Shown here: positions 10,220-19,792 of the stretch, in pieces
Layout of the letters: each line of letters starts with the position of its first letter
Numbering within the stretch: position 1 is the stretch's first letter
From: an uncultured candidate division Zixibacteria bacterium
GTDB lineage: Bacteria; Zixibacteria; MSB-5A5; UBA10806; 4484-95
Direction: 5' to 3'
DNA length: 64,000 bases
NCBI GenBank assembly: GCA_963668625.2
Contig: CAXXKA010000006.1
Coordinates: 288,001-352,000, forward strand
Made by a program: the position numbers and the translations under genes
The notes under the pieces: model-generated
The model's database searches: none
The model's input: only the letters and a program-made list of their open reading frames with translations
Told to the model about the DNA's origin: nothing

Positions 10220-11344
10220 ATGGCAATATTCGTTGATAAGAGAACCAAGCTGCTGGTTCAGGGTATTACCGGCCGCGATGGTTCCTTCCATACCGAGCAG
10301 ATGTTGAAATACGGGACCAAAGTTGTTGGCGGTGTTACACCCGGTAAGGGCGGCACCAAAGTTCTTGGCGTACCCGTGTTCGATAATATGAATGAGGCCG
10401 TTAAAGAAACAAAAGCAAATACCTCGATGATATTCGTTCCTCCGCCGTTCGCGGTCGATGCGATCTACGAGGCAGTTGATTCGGGTATTAAGCTTATCGT
10501 ATGTATCACCGAGGGCGTCCCTACCAGTGAGATGGCTGCTGTTTACAAATATGTTAAAGATAAAGGCGCTCGTTTGATGGGACCTAATTGCCCCGGTATT
10601 ATCTCTCCGGGAATGACCAAAGTCGGTATCCTGCCGGCCCAGATATTCAAAAAAGGCTCCATCGGTGTAGTTTCCCGCTCAGGCACCTTGACATACGAGG
10701 TAGTGTTCAACCTGACAATGAAAGGCCTGGGGCAGTCGACTACTATCGGCATTGGCGGAGATCCGATTATCGGTACGAATTTTATCGATACACTCGAAGC
10801 GTTCGAGAAAGATCCGGCCACCAAGGGTATCGTTATGATAGGCGAGATCGGCGGTTCGGATGAAGAAATGGCCGCTCAGTATATCAAGAAATACGTGACC
10901 AAACCGGTTGTCAGTTTCATAGCAGGTCGTACCGCTCCTCCCGGCAAGAGAATGGGCCATGCCGGCGCGATAATCTCGGGTTCCTCGGGTTTGGCCGCCG
11001 ATAAGGTTAAAGCCTTGAATGCAGTAGGTATCCCTGTCGCTGAAATTCCCTCGCAAATTGCCGATCTAATGATAGAGAGGTTGGCCGAGGCTAAAAAGAA
11101 ATCAGCGAAGAAAACGACCAAGAAAAAGGCGACCAAGAAGACAGCCAAGAAAGCAGCCAAGAAAACCGCTAAAAAAGCAGCCAAGAAAAAAGTAGCGAAA
11201 AAGAAAGTGACAAAGAAGAAAGTTGTTAAGAAAGTCGCCAAGAAGGTTGCCAAAAAAGTAGTGAAAAAGGTAACTAAGAAGGTTGCCAAGAAAAAGGTCG
11301 CCAAAAAGAAAGTCGCTAAGAAGAAAGTAGCAAAGAAAAGATAA
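10220..11344 (+). CDS. sucD: Succinyl-CoA synthetase alpha subunit with 83-aa histone-like Lys tail
   Basis: [26 protein letters not shown] phospho-His motif; KKVAKK repeats at the C-terminus. Confidence 0.97.
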   Translation: MAIFVDKRTKLLVQGITGRDGSFHTEQMLKYGTKVVGGVTPGKGGTKVLGVPVFDNMNEAVKETKANTSMIFVPPPFAVDAIYEAVDSGIKLIVCITEGVPTSEMAAVYKYVKDKGARLMGPNCPGIISPGMTKVGILPAQIFKKGSIGVVSRSGTLTYEVVFNLTMKGLGQSTTIGIGGDPIIGTNFIDTLEAFEKDPATKGIVMIGEIGGSDEEMAAQYIKKYVTKPVVSFIAGRTAPPGKRMGHAGAIISGSSGLAADKVKALNAVGIPVAEIPSQIADLMIERLAEAKKKSAKKTTKKKATKKTAKKAAKKTAKKAAKKKVAKKKVTKKKVVKKVAKKVAKKVVKKVTKKVAKKKVAKKKVAKKKVAKKR

Positions 11345-11391
11345 AAGTGAATTAGGCCACAAATAAGTAAACAACTAGAAGAAGATAAAAA

Positions 11392-11622
11392 ATGGCTGAA
11401 GAACCGACAACCAAGAAACGCTATCAAACTAGACCCGACCCGGTTGTCATCTATAAAAAATGGTGTAAAGCTTGTGGCATATGTGTCGAGCTTTGCCCCA
11501 AGAAGGTGTTTGACACCGATAGAGATGGTTACCCGATAGTTGCTCGCGGGCTGGATTGTACACAATGCGCAATATGCTGGACTCATTGTCCTGATTTTGC
11601 CATAACATCGACGGAGAAATGA
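11392..11622 (+). CDS. korD: 2-oxoacid:ferredoxin oxidoreductase delta subunit (2x[4Fe-4S])
   Basis: CKACGICVELCP and CTQCAICWTHCPD; precedes alpha/beta/gamma subunits. Confidence 0.85.
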   Translation: MAEEPTTKKRYQTRPDPVVIYKKWCKACGICVELCPKKVFDTDRDGYPIVARGLDCTQCAICWTHCPDFAITSTEK

Positions 11623-12770
11623 GCAGATTCATGAATGATTTAACTGGTCCGAATCTTATTCAAGGCAACCAGGCTTGCGCTTTAGGTGCATTAGCGGCCG
11701 GTTGTCGTTTTTTTGCGGGCTACCCTATTACGCCATCAACCGAGGTCGCTGAAATCATGGCTCTGGAGCTTCCGAAACGCGGCGGGCGATTTATCCAGAT
11801 GGAGGATGAGATCGCCTCGATCTCCGCGATTATCGGTGGCTCGATTGCCGGGGTTAAATCTATGACAGCAACCTCCGGTCCGGGTTATTCTTTGATGGTT
11901 GAAAACATCGGCTATGCTGCTATGGCCGAGGTGCCCGTTGTTATAGTTAACGTGATGCGTGGTGGACCGTCCACCGGTTTGCCGACTAAAGTAGGTCAGG
12001 CTGATGTCATGCAGGCCAGGTTCGGCCCGCACGGGGATTACTTCCCAATAGTAATTTGTCCGACATCGGTAAAGGATTGTTACGAAGCTACGATCAAGGC
12101 TTTTAACTTATCGGAAAAGTACCGCGTACCTGTTACGGTTTTATCCGATGAGGTTATCGGTCATATGCGCGAGATGATTCGCCTGCCTGACCCGTCAACG
12201 ATAGAACTGATCGAAAGAACCAAACCCAATGTGCCTCCGGAATGGTATAAACATTTCCAGATCACGCCCGATTTCACCTCACCTATGGCGAAATTCGGCG
12301 AGGGCTACAGGTTCCACACGACCGGCCTTACACATGATGAATCCGGTTTCCCGACCGCTAATAACGAAAAGATTTCCGCCAAGCTCGATAAGCTGAAACT
12401 CAAGATCGAACGTCACCTCGATGACATAGTCGAGGTAAACAAGTTCATGCTCGATGATGCTCATATCGTCGTGTTCGCTTATGGTTCGGTTTCGATGGCC
12501 GCCCGTCAGGCGGTAACGCTGGCTCGCAAGAAAAGATTTAAAGCCGGATTGTTCCAGCCTGTTACGTTATGGCCGTTCCCGGAAAAAGAGCTCAAAGAGG
12601 TACTCGATAAAGCCGATTTGGTGATCGTAGCCGAGCTCAACCAGGGACAGATGATACGCGAGGTACAGAGAATCGCCTCCAGCCGTACCAAAGTAGTAGG
12701 TTTGAACAGGTATGATGGCGAGCTGATGACCCCCGAGCAGATTGTCCAGAAAATAAAAGAGGAACATTAG
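11619..12770 (+). CDS. korA: 2-oxoglutarate:ferredoxin oxidoreductase alpha subunit
   Basis: FAGYPITPSTE, QMEDEIAS, TATSGPG, RGGPSTGLPT; next to sucCD. Confidence 0.9.
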   Translation: MSRFMNDLTGPNLIQGNQACALGALAAGCRFFAGYPITPSTEVAEIMALELPKRGGRFIQMEDEIASISAIIGGSIAGVKSMTATSGPGYSLMVENIGYAAMAEVPVVIVNVMRGGPSTGLPTKVGQADVMQARFGPHGDYFPIVICPTSVKDCYEATIKAFNLSEKYRVPVTVLSDEVIGHMREMIRLPDPSTIELIERTKPNVPPEWYKHFQITPDFTSPMAKFGEGYRFHTTGLTHDESGFPTANNEKISAKLDKLKLKIERHLDDIVEVNKFMLDDAHIVVFAYGSVSMAARQAVTLARKKRFKAGLFQPVTLWPFPEKELKEVLDKADLVIVAELNQGQMIREVQRIASSRTKVVGLNRYDGELMTPEQIVQKIKEEH

Positions 12771-12772
12771 TC

Positions 12773-13657
12773 ATGCAGAAATCTGATGTTACACATAAAT
12801 ACCTTCGTCCGCGAATGGATTTCCCGAATGTCTGGTGTCCGGGGTGCGGTATCGGTATCGTTTTAGGCTCCCTGATCAGAGCCATCGATAAATTAGAAAT
12901 CCCCAAGGATGATATCGCTCTGGTGTCGGGTATCGGTTGTACGGCGAGGGTGCCGGCTTATGTCGATTTCAACACTCTCCATACCACGCACGGGCGATCT
13001 CTGGCGTTTGCAACCGGTGTTAAGCTGGGCAATCCGAGGTTGAAAGTTATCGTGATGTCCGGTGACGGCGATTTGCTGGCTATCGGCGGCAATCACTTTA
13101 TCCACGCCTGCCGAAGGAATATCGATATCACCGTGATCCTGGTAAATAATTACATCTATGGCATGACCGGAGGGCAATATTCGCCGACGACTCCGATCGG
13201 TAAAAAAGCTGCAACAGCACCGCATCTGACCATTGAGCAACCGTTCGATACCTGTAATTTGGCCATGAGTTCAGGGGCATCGTTTGTAGCTAGAAGTAGC
13301 GTATATCATGCGGCACAGCTTACCACCTTCATCGAAAAAGGCCTTCAGAAAAAAGGTTTTTCGGTTATCGAGGCGATGTCGAACTGTGAAACCCAGTACG
13401 GACGCGCCAACCGCGAGGGTACGGCCGTCAGGATGATTCAGAGTATGAAGGAACGCGGCATACCGGTTTCCAAAGCCTCCAAGATGACCGCCGAGGAGCT
13501 TGAAGGCAAATGGCCGATAGGCACGCTTCACGATATCGAACGTCCTGAATACGTAGAGCAATATCAAAAGATTATCGATAAATTCAATCCACCTGAGGAG
13601 GTCTCTCAACCAGAGAACAACAACCAGGAAGAAGAGCAGGCAAAAAAAGAATCTTAA
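12773..13657 (+). CDS. korB: 2-oxoglutarate:ferredoxin oxidoreductase beta subunit
   Basis: WCPGCG, SGIGC, TPP motif GDGD...NN, YGMTGGQYSPT. Confidence 0.9.
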   Translation: MQKSDVTHKYLRPRMDFPNVWCPGCGIGIVLGSLIRAIDKLEIPKDDIALVSGIGCTARVPAYVDFNTLHTTHGRSLAFATGVKLGNPRLKVIVMSGDGDLLAIGGNHFIHACRRNIDITVILVNNYIYGMTGGQYSPTTPIGKKAATAPHLTIEQPFDTCNLAMSSGASFVARSSVYHAAQLTTFIEKGLQKKGFSVIEAMSNCETQYGRANREGTAVRMIQSMKERGIPVSKASKMTAEELEGKWPIGTLHDIERPEYVEQYQKIIDKFNPPEEVSQPENNNQEEEQAKKES

Positions 13658-13684
13658 CTTGATTTAATAGATAATGGTGCAGGG

Positions 13685-14257
13685 ATGACTAAAAATAAAG
13701 ATCAAGACAGATACGAGATAAGGTTATCCGGTTCAGGAGGGCAGGGTTTGGTGCTGGCCGGTGTAATGATTGCCGAGGCTGTCGGCGTGTACGAAGGTAA
13801 AAATGTGGCGCAAACCCAGAGTTACGGCCCCGAGGCCAGAGGTGGTACATCGAGATCGGATCTGGTGATCTCCACGGATGAGATCTACTATCCTAAAACA
13901 TCCAGCCTCGATCTTCTCCTGGCGCTTACGCAGGAGGCTGCTGATAAGTATTACACTCACTTGAAAGACACCGGTGTGATGATTGTCGACTCCGATACGG
14001 TTCGTCAATTGCCGCCGTTCAAACGAATTCACGCTTTGCCGTTCACCCAAACCGCGCGTACGGAAATCGGTACCACGATCGTTGCCAACGTGATCTCCGG
14101 CGCTGCGCTGGTGGTTATTTCGGGTATCTGCAAACCTGAATCGTTCATGAACGCTGTTTTAAATCGCGCCCCTAAAGGAACCGAGTTAAAAAACGAAAAA
14201 GCTTGTAAACTCGGATTCGAGATGGGGAAGAAAGCATTAAAAAATAAGGTTAAATAG
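13685..14257 (+). CDS. korC: 2-oxoglutarate:ferredoxin oxidoreductase gamma subunit
   Basis: GSGGQGLV, QSYGPEARGG. Confidence 0.9.
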   Translation: MTKNKDQDRYEIRLSGSGGQGLVLAGVMIAEAVGVYEGKNVAQTQSYGPEARGGTSRSDLVISTDEIYYPKTSSLDLLLALTQEAADKYYTHLKDTGVMIVDSDTVRQLPPFKRIHALPFTQTARTEIGTTIVANVISGAALVVISGICKPESFMNAVLNRAPKGTELKNEKACKLGFEMGKKALKNKVK

Positions 14258-14259
14258 TA

Positions 14260-14661
14260 ATGGGTCGTTCTCTTTTAATGATAAAGCCGGATGCGGTCGA
14301 GCGCAATTTGATCGGTGAGATAATTTCTCGCCTCGAGAAAGCTCGTTTTATCGTGGCCGCCTTAAAAATGGTTAAGCTTAGTTATGATGATGCCACTAAA
14401 TTCTATGCCGTCCACAAAGGCAAACCTTTCGTGGATGAGTTATGCAAGTTCATGTCATCCGGGCCGATCGTGGCTATGGTGTTAAAATCGGATGGCGATA
14501 CTGTTGCTAAAGTCCGCGAGTTGATTGGTGCTACTAATCCCGAAAAAGCCGCTGCCGGCACTATCAGACACGACCTGGCTGTAAGCCTGACAAAAAATTC
14601 CGTTCACGCGTCCGATTCCGATCAGAACGCTGAACAGGAAATAAGTTTTTTCTTTAGTTAA
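14260..14661 (+). CDS. ndk: Nucleoside diphosphate kinase
   Basis: IKPDAV, GATNP, GTIR, NSVHASDS. Confidence 0.97.
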   Translation: MGRSLLMIKPDAVERNLIGEIISRLEKARFIVAALKMVKLSYDDATKFYAVHKGKPFVDELCKFMSSGPIVAMVLKSDGDTVAKVRELIGATNPEKAAAGTIRHDLAVSLTKNSVHASDSDQNAEQEISFFFS

Positions 14662-15902
14662 TGGAAATAAAGCTGCCATACGGCACCAGCTTCCAAAGTT
14701 TTAATACGGACGACTTATCGCCATCGGTGAAAATCGGTGGGCGCTATAAATGTGATTTTCCAGAGCCTTTAGACAAAAGCACTGTTGCCGCTAAAATAGT
14801 TAACGGTTTTCAATCGTTAGCTCATCTTTTTACCGATAAAAAAATCCTGACCGTGGTTAATGATGGCTACCGCCGCACCCCGACCTCTGATATATTACCT
14901 ATTATCTGGCAATATGTTAAGGATGGTGAATTTATAATTGCGACCGGGTCTCATCGAAAATCAACTGAGACCGAGCTTCAGGAGATATTCGGCGACCTTC
15001 TGGAAACTATCAGGTCTCGGCTTTACATTCACAACTGTTACGATAATTCCTCACTAGTACAGGTAGGAGTCACAAGCAGGCGAACCCCCGTGCTATATAA
15101 CAGTAAGGTGCTGGAGGCTGATGTAATACTGACTATCAACTCGGTTGAGCCGCACTTCTTTGCCGGTTACACGGGCGGGCGCAAATCACTGGTGCCCGGA
15201 TTAGCCGGTTTCGAGACAATACAAACAAACCATCGCCTGGCCAAGAAACTCGATTCGACATCAATGAACCTGGAAACCAATCCGCTTCATCTCGATTTGG
15301 AAGAAGCCACGCAACTTTTGGGCGATAAGCCCATATTAACTATACAGTGTGTAACGGATAGGGATGGCAATATCACGGATATTTTCTCGGGTGATCTTAG
15401 AATGGCTTTCCACCAGGCATGTGAATGCGCCGGTAAATTATACTCGGTTGAGGTTCCTCATAAATACGATATAGTAATCGCCGATTGCGATCCGCCCCTT
15501 GATGTTAACCTGTATCAGCTTCAAAAAGCACAGGAGCACGGCGGCAGGATGGTTAAAGACGGCGGCGTGCTTATCGTGATGGGAGCTTGCCGCGAGGGCG
15601 TCGGCTCGAAATATTTCATGGAATTGGCCGAAAAATACCCGAATCCCGAGATTGTGCTGAAAGAGGGTATCTATGATGACTCTTTCGGAATACACAAACT
15701 TGTTAAGACAGCTAGACAATTGGAAAAATTTCAAATCTTTTATGTTACAACTCTTGACGATTGGGAAGTCAAAAGAGTATATTTCAAGTCCTTCAAAGAT
15801 ATTACCGCCGCGATAAACTCGGCACTGAAGGATTTGCACGATGACATTGAAATCAGCATATTAGAGGATGCAGGCTATACGGTGCCTGTTATCAAAACTT
15901 AA
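14661..15902 (+). CDS. LarA-family nickel-pincer 2-hydroxyacid racemase/epimerase
   Basis: ND-x-x-R-x-TP, IATGSHR, EPHFFAGYTGGRKS, NLYQ-x-x-KA, CREG-x-G. Confidence 0.85.
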   Translation: MEIKLPYGTSFQSFNTDDLSPSVKIGGRYKCDFPEPLDKSTVAAKIVNGFQSLAHLFTDKKILTVVNDGYRRTPTSDILPIIWQYVKDGEFIIATGSHRKSTETELQEIFGDLLETIRSRLYIHNCYDNSSLVQVGVTSRRTPVLYNSKVLEADVILTINSVEPHFFAGYTGGRKSLVPGLAGFETIQTNHRLAKKLDSTSMNLETNPLHLDLEEATQLLGDKPILTIQCVTDRDGNITDIFSGDLRMAFHQACECAGKLYSVEVPHKYDIVIADCDPPLDVNLYQLQKAQEHGGRMVKDGGVLIVMGACREGVGSKYFMELAEKYPNPEIVLKEGIYDDSFGIHKLVKTARQLEKFQIFYVTTLDDWEVKRVYFKSFKDITAAINSALKDLHDDIEISILEDAGYTVPVIKT

Positions 15903-15917
15903 AAAAAGGAGTTTCAA

Positions 15918-16844
15918 GTGAGGAAGAAAGTCTCCATTATTGGCGCTGGCCATGTTGGTGAACATTGTGCTATGTTCTTAGCGCAAATGAATATTTGCGA
16001 TATCACGGTTATCGATATTGTAGAGGATATGCCCCAGGGGAAATGTCTCGATTTATGCCAGGCCGGTCCGATTGTCGGTTACGACGGCAAAATCGAGGGT
16101 TCGAATGATATGGCCGCTATCGAGGGCTCCGAGATAATCGTGCACACCGCCGGTTTACCCCGTAAACCAGGTATGAGCCGCGAGGATTTGCTCAATAAGA
16201 ACGCCAGTATTATCGGCAGTATGGCCGAAGCCGCCAAGAAACACGCTCCAAACGCCATGATCCTCATGGTTGCCAATCCGCTGGATATCATGACTTACCA
16301 TGCCTGGAAAGTCTCCGGTTTCCCGACCAATCGCGTTTTCGGTCAGGCCGGTATTCTGGATTCGACCCGTTTCCGCACTTTCGTTGCCTGGGAACTGGGC
16401 GTTTCAATGAACGATGTGCAGGCTATGGTGCTCGGCGGTCACGGCGATACAATGGTACCGGTACCGTCTTATACCACAGTTAGCGGTATTCCGATTACCG
16501 AGTTACTCGACAAAGCTAAAATCGACGAACTCGCCCAGAGAACCCGTGTCGGTGGTGGCGAGATCGTAAAACTGCTCAAGACCGGTTCTGCTTATTATGC
16601 TCCGGCGGCGGCCTCAATCCAGATGGTCGATTCGGTGCTTAACGATCGCAAACGCATTCTCCCGCTTTCGGCTTATGTCGATGGCCCCTACGGGATCAAC
16701 GGTCAGTATATCGGTGTCCCGGCCGTACTCGGCGCCGGCGGTGTAGAGAAGATTATCGAGCTTAAACTTAATGAAGAGGATGCTAAAGCCTTACAAACTT
16801 CCGCTTCCAAGTACAAAGAAGTATTGGGCGAACTCGGTTATTAA
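15918..16844 (+). CDS. mdh: Malate dehydrogenase (LDH-like)
   Basis: IIGAGHVG, TAGLPRKPGMSREDL, LGGHGD, GSAYYAPA. Confidence 0.95.
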   Translation: MRKKVSIIGAGHVGEHCAMFLAQMNICDITVIDIVEDMPQGKCLDLCQAGPIVGYDGKIEGSNDMAAIEGSEIIVHTAGLPRKPGMSREDLLNKNASIIGSMAEAAKKHAPNAMILMVANPLDIMTYHAWKVSGFPTNRVFGQAGILDSTRFRTFVAWELGVSMNDVQAMVLGGHGDTMVPVPSYTTVSGIPITELLDKAKIDELAQRTRVGGGEIVKLLKTGSAYYAPAAASIQMVDSVLNDRKRILPLSAYVDGPYGINGQYIGVPAVLGAGGVEKIIELKLNEEDAKALQTSASKYKEVLGELGY

Positions 16845-16873
16845 TAGATAATTGTGTTATTTCCGGAGGCTAA

Positions 16874-18691
16874 ATGGGAAAAACCATAGCTGAGAAGATT
16901 ATATCAGAACATATCGGCCGTGATGTTACTACCGGTGAGATAGTTGTGTCAAATGTTGAGCTCTGTCTCGCTCATGATGGCAGTGGACCGCTGGCTATTC
17001 GCCAGATAGGGAAACTGGGAAAAGAGGGAGTAAGCAATCCCTCTAAGACGGTTTTCTTTCTCGACCACTCAGCGCCCGCCGCTCGCAAAGAACTTGCGAA
17101 TGATCATGAATTTGTTCGTAAATTCTGCGCTGACAGCGGTTGTGTACTTGTCGATGAAGGCGAAGGTATATGCCATGTTGTAACAAACGAACGATATGTC
17201 AACCCGGGCGATATCATTATTGGTGGTGATAGTCATACTTGTACCGGTGGAGCGCTTTGCGCTTTCGCTACCGGTATGGGATCCACTGATATCGGCATGG
17301 GCATGGCCATGGGCAAAACCTGGTTTAGAGTGCCTGAGACATATAAGATCTATGTCACCGGGCAATTCCCGATCGGTGTTTATGCCAAAGATTTAATTCT
17401 GCATATAATCGGCCTTATTGGCTCCGATGGCGCGACATATAAAGCGCTGGAATTTTGCGGACCGACTATCGAACGCATGAGTATAGAATCCCGTTTCACG
17501 CTTTCGAATATGGCGGTCGAGGCCGGCGCCAAGGTTGGGCTTATTGCCTCCGATGAAACAACGAGACAATTTTTGGCAAAGATGGGGCGTGCTGACAAAT
17601 GGCGTCCCATCAAAGCCGATAAAGACGCCTCTTACGAGCGGGTGTTCGAAATAAACGTAGAAAAGCTCGTTCCGACTATTTCATTCCCCCATACCGTTGA
17701 TAATACCAGGACTATCGATGAAGCTCAGGGAGTCACAATCGATCAGGTAGTACTTGGAACTTGTACCAATTCCCGTTTAGAGGATTGGGAAATAGTTGCT
17801 CGGATAATACGCGGTAAAAAGAAAGCGCCGGGCGTGAGATTTATCGCCGTACCCGGTTCACCTCTGATACAGAAGCAAGTGCTTGATGCCGGTTACTATC
17901 GCGTCCTGGCGGAATTCGGCGCGATGTTTTTGCCTCCGGGCTGCGGTCCGTGTGTTGGCATACATGGCGGTATTCCCGCCGATGGCGAGAGGGTGTTATC
18001 CACTGCTAATCGTAATTTTAAAGGCAGGATGGGTAATCCTGAGGCTGAGATATATTTAGGATCACCTGCTGCTGTTGCCGCCGCCGCAATCGAGGGCGTG
18101 ATTGCCGATCCTCGCAAATATGAGAAAGAGCTTATTTCAAACACATTTCATGCTGCGGTTAGATCGGAAGCGTTGAAACAAGTCACTATATCAACTGTCA
18201 GCTCAATCGAGCAGGTTGCCTCGGAGACCGCCGAGAGGTTAGGCCCGAAAATCAAAGATACCTCTGAGGTAATCGAAAAGAAAACCCGCGAGGTGATCAA
18301 ACGCTACGAACCTGAAGCTAGAAAAGCCGCTCGGGAGCTGGACAAGACAATTAAAACCCTTGCTACTGATGCCTCAAAAGCTATACGCGATATATTCTCC
18401 TCACGAAAAAGCAGTCCCAAAAAACAAACTCAACCGGAATCTGAGCAAAAGCAGGATACGACCTCAGAAAGCCAAATCGCCTCGGTCAAAACAGCTACTA
18501 AAAAAGTATCGAGAAAGAAAACGGCCAAGCCGGCGGTAAAACGTCGAGCTTTGAAAAAGGTAGCGAAAAAGACTGCAAAGAAAAGAGTGACAGCAAAGAC
18601 ATCCGTGAAAAAGAAAGCAGCCACGAAGAAGATATCAAGAAAATCAGCAGCCAAAAAGAAAGCTGTACGCAGAAAAAACAGAGGGGAATAG
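16874..18691 (+). CDS. LeuC/HacA-type aconitase-family large subunit with about 190-aa C-terminal extension ending in a Lys/Arg-rich tail
   Basis: DH, GICH, DSHTCT, GTCTN, CGPCVG, NRNFKGRMG; the core ends near ADPRKY. Confidence 0.9.
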   Translation: MGKTIAEKIISEHIGRDVTTGEIVVSNVELCLAHDGSGPLAIRQIGKLGKEGVSNPSKTVFFLDHSAPAARKELANDHEFVRKFCADSGCVLVDEGEGICHVVTNERYVNPGDIIIGGDSHTCTGGALCAFATGMGSTDIGMGMAMGKTWFRVPETYKIYVTGQFPIGVYAKDLILHIIGLIGSDGATYKALEFCGPTIERMSIESRFTLSNMAVEAGAKVGLIASDETTRQFLAKMGRADKWRPIKADKDASYERVFEINVEKLVPTISFPHTVDNTRTIDEAQGVTIDQVVLGTCTNSRLEDWEIVARIIRGKKKAPGVRFIAVPGSPLIQKQVLDAGYYRVLAEFGAMFLPPGCGPCVGIHGGIPADGERVLSTANRNFKGRMGNPEAEIYLGSPAAVAAAAIEGVIADPRKYEKELISNTFHAAVRSEALKQVTISTVSSIEQVASETAERLGPKIKDTSEVIEKKTREVIKRYEPEARKAARELDKTIKTLATDASKAIRDIFSSRKSSPKKQTQPESEQKQDTTSESQIASVKTATKKVSRKKTAKPAVKRRALKKVAKKTAKKRVTAKTSVKKKAATKKISRKSAAKKKAVRRKNRGE

Positions 18692-18694
18692 TCA

Positions 18695-19195
18695 ATGGCC
18701 TTAACGGGTAAAACTTTTAAATTCGGTGATGATATCTCCACCGATCATATCACTCCCGGAAGATTTTTTCATCTCCGCTCAGATCTTCCCGAACTGGCAA
18801 AGCATGTTTTAGAGGATGCCGACCCCGATTTCGCCTCAAAGGTGCAACCAGGAGATTTCGTTGTTGGCGGTAGAAATTTCGGCCTTGGCTCCTCGCGCGA
18901 ACACGCGCCGACTATCATAAAGCTGGCGGGAGTGAGCGCGGTGTTGGCTAAATCGTTCGCCCGAATATTTTACAGGAATTCTATCAACGTCGGTTTACCC
19001 GTATTAATTTGTGATACGGATAGTATCGATAACGGGGATGAACTGGAAATCGATCTCGAACGGGGAAGTATCAATAATAAAACCAAATCAATTGAAATAT
19101 TATTTACGCCGTTACCAAAATCCATGGTAAATATTCTTGAGGATGGTGGACTGGTATCACATATTAAATGTCATAATGGTTTTAAACTGGATTGA
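18695..19195 (+). CDS. LeuD/HacB-type aconitase-family small subunit
   Basis: GDDISTDHITP, NFGLGSSREHA, SFARIFYRN. Confidence 0.9.
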   Translation: MALTGKTFKFGDDISTDHITPGRFFHLRSDLPELAKHVLEDADPDFASKVQPGDFVVGGRNFGLGSSREHAPTIIKLAGVSAVLAKSFARIFYRNSINVGLPVLICDTDSIDNGDELEIDLERGSINNKTKSIEILFTPLPKSMVNILEDGGLVSHIKCHNGFKLD

Positions 19196-19779
19196 TTATA
19201 GTGAATAAAATCTCCGGACAGATGATACTCGGTATAATAATTATCGCTATTGGAGTGCTGTTTCTTTTTGATATTAATGTATTTGGATTGATTGGCAAAC
19301 TCTGGCCGTTTCTACTTGTCGTTTTCGGATTGTACCTGATCTTCGCTCACAGGGGAAAATCGGATAGAGTCGAACACACAGCCGATGGCAGAGTGAAAAA
19401 TGGTCAGTCGGGCATCCCCGGCTTGATCGGCGATATCAGGGTAGCTGGTTTAAGCGATGGTGTAGGGACTATCGAGAGAAAACTACTTATTGGTGATATA
19501 GTAATCGATCTTGTAGATTCGAAACTTTTAGATGGTGTAAACGTTATCGATGTCGCCCTGTTGTTCGGCGATGTCACGATAATCCTTCCCGAGGATTACC
19601 CCGTTAAAATCGATATTGCAGCCTGCGTGGGAGACCTTGAATACAAGGGCAAACGTGCGGATGGATTTTTCCCAAGCATAAAAGAATCAGATGAGGCTTA
19701 CGATAGATCATCATCAAGATTACATATCCTGGGGAAAATATGCTTCGGTGATATTAAAGTTTTCACGAATTCAAAATAA
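19192..19779 (+). CDS. LiaF-like membrane protein (cell-wall stress response family)
   Basis: Two N-terminal TM helices with LWP motif, then repeated G-D-I/V beta-rich C-terminal domain; start uncertain. Confidence 0.65.
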   Translation: MIIVNKISGQMILGIIIIAIGVLFLFDINVFGLIGKLWPFLLVVFGLYLIFAHRGKSDRVEHTADGRVKNGQSGIPGLIGDIRVAGLSDGVGTIERKLLIGDIVIDLVDSKLLDGVNVIDVALLFGDVTIILPEDYPVKIDIAACVGDLEYKGKRADGFFPSIKESDEAYDRSSSRLHILGKICFGDIKVFTNSK

Positions 19780-19792
19780 TAAAGGAGATGAG

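Noticed and set aside
10876-11586. Phe-rich minus-strand ORFs (also 18430-18741)
   Set aside because: Antisense shadows of the Lys-rich tails
19691-19792. N-terminal extensions of icd, SET (25676) and secE (43457) in the ORF track
   Set aside because: They overlap upstream genes or a tRNA; downstream ATGs fit family starts
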